Shown here one piece after another: positions 7,854-10,972 of a DNA stretch of 10,972 bases. Every line of letters starts with the position of its first letter. Within the stretch, counting starts at the first letter, position 1. Made by a program: the position numbers and the translations under genes. Source of the stretch: an uncultured Deferribacteres bacterium (GTDB lineage Bacteria; Zhuqueibacterota; Zhuqueibacteria; Zhuqueibacterales; Geothermadaptataceae); assembly GCA_964014485.1 (NCBI GenBank), contig CAXHAT010000234.1, positions 1 to 10,972 of the forward strand, written 5' to 3'. Under the pieces are notes generated by a model. It was not told the DNA's origin, did not search any database, and saw nothing but the letters and a program-made list of their open reading frames with translations.

Positions 7854-8026
7854 CTGACGTTACGCAGCCAATGTAGAAAATGGAGTGCAAGGCTTGCCTT
7901 GCTATTCCGCTACGCTTTTTCCTAAACTTTTTCGTTAACGTTCAGAATGCATCGTTCTTTGCTGGCCGAAGCTGAAAAGCAAAGCAAGCTTTGCACTCCT
8001 TACGTTTGCGGCGCGCGTAACATCAG
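7854..8026. mobile_element. Putative MITE-like element, copy B (173 bp)
   Basis: Ends CTGACGTTACGC (7854-7865) and GCGTAACATCAG (8015-8026), complementary at 11 of 12 positions. Flanked by the perfect direct repeat TTAGGAA at 7847-7853 and 8027-8033. Confidence 0.8.
7882..7999. repeat. Inverted REP-like doublet (REPIN-like) inside element B
   Basis: GGAGTGCAAGGCTTGCCTTGCT (7882-7903) and AGCAAAGCAAGCTTTGCACTCC (7978-7999) match at 20 of 22 positions as inverted copies. Each contains a perfect 7-bp internal hairpin. Confidence 0.75.
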
Positions 8027-8084
8027 TTAGGAAGAAAGGTTGAAGAACAAAACCCACTCGCCGTGACAAAAATTCACGACCTTG

Positions 8085-8927
8085 TCACTCCTGCAAAAAA
8101 TGCAAGGCGTCACTTGCCGTGCGTTCCGGCATTTCCTCCATCGGCAGATGGCCGACGCCGTCATAGATCAAGAGCCGCGAATCAGGAATCGCCAGGTTGA
8201 ATTTGTAAGCGTTTTCCAGCGGCAGCCACTGATCATTTTTGCCCCACATGATCAGCGTCGGCGCTAAAATTTCAGAAAGAAGGGGGGAGTTGTCCTCCAT
8301 CTCGCCGTTAACCAGTTTCAAGAATGAGCTGGTATTTCCTTCCCGCGTAAACAGTTCAAAGTACCTGTCAATCAGCGCCGGAGTCACGAGGCTTACATCA
8401 CCATAGACCTGCCTGACAAATTGCTCCAAGATATTCTTTCGAACGACATACTTTACCGCTCGTCCCGCGAGGGGAACGCGCGCCAGCTTGAAAGGCAACG
8501 GAACGCTTTTTTCGTCGAGAAAGCCCGAAGCGTCGATCAGAATAATTCGGTTGACGTTCTTGGGGAAACGCAACGCGTACTCCCAGACAATCCATCCGCC
8601 AAGCGAACTGCCGGCAAAATGGCAACGCCCAATGCCCAGCCGCCCTAGAAATAAGTTCACAAATCGATGGTAAGCTTGCATCGTAAAACAATCGTTTGCC
8701 GCGGGCCCCGTCAGGCCAAATCCAGGCAAATCGAGGCGAATGATCCGAAAATGACTTTTCAAAATACTCACCCAATCATCAAATGTATGCAGCGATGAAA
8801 ACGCCCCGTGTAAAAGCACGAGCGGCTCGCCTTCGCCCTCATCGCGATAGTGAACCAAAGTGCCTTCAATCGGCATGAAGAGCGAGTTTTCATCGGCGTA
8901 CTTTTTGACCAGGTCGGGAAATTCCAT
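8085..8927 (-). CDS. Alpha/beta fold hydrolase (280 aa)
   Basis: LVLLHG, DLPGFG, nucleophile elbow GSSLGG, PTLIMWGKND (acid), GVGHLPMEE (catalytic His). Confidence 0.93.
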   Translation of the reverse strand: MEFPDLVKKYADENSLFMPIEGTLVHYRDEGEGEPLVLLHGAFSSLHTFDDWVSILKSHFRIIRLDLPGFGLTGPAANDCFTMQAYHRFVNLFLGRLGIGRCHFAGSSLGGWIVWEYALRFPKNVNRIILIDASGFLDEKSVPLPFKLARVPLAGRAVKYVVRKNILEQFVRQVYGDVSLVTPALIDRYFELFTREGNTSSFLKLVNGEMEDNSPLLSEILAPTLIMWGKNDQWLPLENAYKFNLAIPDSRLLIYDGVGHLPMEEMPERTASDALHFLQE

Positions 8928-8975
8928 TGTCGCGTTCTGAGTATGATTAAAAGGCCAAGCGGCAGAGCAATGAGG

Positions 8976-9755
8976 TTATGCCGGCGGGTTTAGGCGAAAT
9001 TCGAAAATTCTCTCGGTCTGCGGAACGTAAGATCGTTCTTCAAAATAGACATTATTTTCGTGATCAACCAAAACAACCGTTGAAGCGCGCGTACCGTAAA
9101 CGGGCGATTGAATGAACAATGGCGAGAGCACGCGCTCCAGCTCCAATCCCACGCCCGTGGAAGGCAAATCGGCGTCCGGCGCAATCTTTTCGTTTTTGAG
9201 CATCTCAAAAAGTAACGACGCCGTGTTTTGATCTGTCGCGTTTTCATCTAAATCGTTAAAAATCTGCGCGAGAGTCGCACAACCAGTTCTGACTTTTGGC
9301 CAAGGCGTATCGAGCAAATGATTACTTAACCCATGCACTCCGGGTTCAATCGGTTTTGATTGCTGCGACATATTCGAATAATAAAAAAGCTGATCTATTT
9401 CGCCCAAGACAACGTTAAACCCCTGATAATTTTTGCCCTTGCCTTCCAGAAGATGCAAATAATTTTCAACAGGATGTTTTTCAAACAAAAAATCCGAGAC
9501 GATCTCTCCGCGAGAAGGCGGCTCGGCGGGTTTGTGGTTTCCACCACGAAAGTTCGTTAACGCGGCAATCCGCCCGCCTTTGGAGAGGCCAAGCCAGCCG
9601 CCGCCTGCCTGCAAATCCTTTCCTGCCAGAACTTCCGGCGCCTCGGGCCGCCAATGCGCGGATTCTGTCGGGCGCGCATAAAATTCATCGCGATTCGCCG
9701 CAAGCGCAAGTTTGTATTTTGGATGATCTTTATATGAAAAAAGGATGAGGCACAT
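8976..9755 (-). CDS. NRDE-family (TANGO2-like) protein (259 aa)
   Basis: N-terminal MCLI, ANRDEFYARP, GKDLQAGGGWLG, AALTNFR, SRG, GLSNHLLDTPWPKV, YGTRASTV. Confidence 0.93.
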   Translation of the reverse strand: MCLILFSYKDHPKYKLALAANRDEFYARPTESAHWRPEAPEVLAGKDLQAGGGWLGLSKGGRIAALTNFRGGNHKPAEPPSRGEIVSDFLFEKHPVENYLHLLEGKGKNYQGFNVVLGEIDQLFYYSNMSQQSKPIEPGVHGLSNHLLDTPWPKVRTGCATLAQIFNDLDENATDQNTASLLFEMLKNEKIAPDADLPSTGVGLELERVLSPLFIQSPVYGTRASTVVLVDHENNVYFEERSYVPQTERIFEFRLNPPA

Positions 9756-9757
9756 TT

Positions 9758-10534
9758 TCAGTTTTTAGCGTGTGCGAAAAATTCTCCGTCAATTTCAAGC
9801 GCTTCAACGGTCTCAGCAGCGCGAATATTCGTCAATTCAAGTTCCAGGAACAAAATTTTGTGTGAAGACGCGACTTTTACGCCCGTATCCAAAGTCAGCC
9901 AGTTCTCCCAAGTCGCTTCCAAACCGCCAATTGGTAACATGGAAACCCACATTTTCCAGGATTTGGGCAAGCCATTTTCATCGATTCGCCAAAGATAAGC
10001 GTCGCCGGGCGTAACGCCGCCACTAGTGAATTCTACAAGCAGCGCCTGCTCATCGTTCTGTAAGTTCACAATACTACGACGAGTGCCGGAGTCAAAAATT
10101 TTTGAGACGGGGTTGAGCCAAAACGAATCGTTGGCCCACCTTCGCCAAGCAGAGTCCAGCAGTTTTTCAAGCGTTTCACCCTGCGCCTTTTGGCCGTTGG
10201 TTCGCGCCATGCCAGTCCTGTCCGACAAATTGATGAAAACCTCGTTGTCGTTCCACTTGACCCGCGCGATGTGCTGCGTTCTATCCCAAATATGATGATT
10301 CTTCCCGCGAAAAGTCCACTGCACCGCGCCCGTTTTCACCCAGGCTTCGTGATTAATGGCCGTCAGCATTTTTCGGGCAAGCGCATCCGCATCCGCCCCT
10401 TCAACGCCGCTTGGCTTACTCTCATCGAAAAACCAAATTGCGACAAGCCCCGCCGCGATGACAACTACGACAACACCCAAGACTCGTTTTAGTAGCTTTA
10501 CAAAAAACCGGTTTGCCATCCTTGGCCTCATCAT
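9758..10534 (-). CDS. Uncharacterised membrane-anchored protein (up to 258 aa; start may be a downstream Met)
   Basis: N-terminal hydrophobic anchor (VLGVVVVVIAAGLVAIWFF) and Trp-rich motifs NDSFWLNP, SGGVTPGDAYLW, WKMWVS. The stop lies 2 bp before the NRDE start. Confidence 0.75.
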   Translation of the reverse strand: MMRPRMANRFFVKLLKRVLGVVVVVIAAGLVAIWFFDESKPSGVEGADADALARKMLTAINHEAWVKTGAVQWTFRGKNHHIWDRTQHIARVKWNDNEVFINLSDRTGMARTNGQKAQGETLEKLLDSAWRRWANDSFWLNPVSKIFDSGTRRSIVNLQNDEQALLVEFTSGGVTPGDAYLWRIDENGLPKSWKMWVSMLPIGGLEATWENWLTLDTGVKVASSHKILFLELELTNIRAAETVEALEIDGEFFAHAKN

Positions 10535-10771
10535 GGGAATTAGTTAAAAAATTTCGGTGCAAAAAACCGAGAATTCCACCCTTAATCAAGCCCCATCGCA
10601 CGGCTTAGCAAGTCGAATCAGGATCGAGAAAGTTTTGTAGAAATAAAGCGCCGTACCCCGAGTATAGAAAAACAAAATTTTACTGTTTTCCTTTGTCCTT
10701 CTTTCATTTACTTTGATCGAAGATTAATTGTCGATTCGAGCATCAGGACGCTTCCAAGTAGAAGGTAAAAG

Positions 10772-10929
10772 TTGGACAATGAAAAAATCGCAATTGTTGT
10801 TAGCTATCCTTACCAGAAGAACCCGCAATTACAAAAAGAAGTTCGCGCGTTAGTTGAATTCGGATTTGATATAGAAATCATAACATGGGATAGGAGCGGG
10901 GAACGACCGCCATCTGAAAATCTCGAAGG
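10772..10929 (+). CDS. N-terminal fragment of a probable family-4 (GT-B) glycosyltransferase, truncated by adapter sequence
   Basis: TTG at 10772 after GAAGGT reads MDNEKIAIVVSYPYQKNPQLQKEVRALVEFGFDIEIITWDRSGERPPSENLEG, which fits the GT4 N-terminal pattern (KI...; KE..AL...G..V...WDR...E...G). Not in the ORF track. Confidence 0.65.
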
Positions 10930-10972
10930 CTGTCTCTTATACACATCTCCGAGACCACGAGACTCCATTGCA
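10930..10972 (+). other. Nextera/Tn5 adapter read-through (sequencing artefact)
   Basis: Exact 19-bp mosaic end CTGTCTCTTATACACATCT (10930-10948), then CCGAGACCACGAGAC (one mismatch to CCGAGCCCACGAGAC), then 9 nt consistent with an i7 index region. Confidence 0.97.

Noticed and set aside
10930..10948. Tn5/IS50 end as a real transposon
   Set aside because: It is the synthetic mosaic end followed by the Nextera adapter at the sequence terminus.

Overview
Bacterial sequence, probably from a diderm and probably the end of a metagenomic or shotgun contig. Left to right it holds: (i) the 5' part of a large exported protein on the minus strand (1-913, missing from the ORF track) with atypical-kinase-like DWDRH...DRD motifs; (ii) a DUF4097-type beta-repeat exported protein; (iii) a minus-strand run of an uncharacterised membrane-anchored protein, an NRDE/TANGO2 protein, an alpha/beta hydrolase, a MacA-like adaptor and two MacB/FtsX-type permeases with no ATPase, a PemK/MazF toxin-antitoxin pair and a HEAT-like helical protein; (iv) the start of a GT4-like glycosyltransferase, cut off by an untrimmed Nextera adapter. 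The most notable signal is non-coding. Two miniature elements (952-1137 and 7854-8026) share 12-bp terminal inverted repeats (consensus CTGACGTTACGC). Each is flanked by its own perfect 7-bp direct repeat (TTACCAA; TTAGGAA), and each carries a different REP-like palindromic interior. A third intergenic structure (5069-5174) is a hairpin built from inverted arrays of TGGAnnnn octamers. All assignments come from reading and manual translation; no searches were run.
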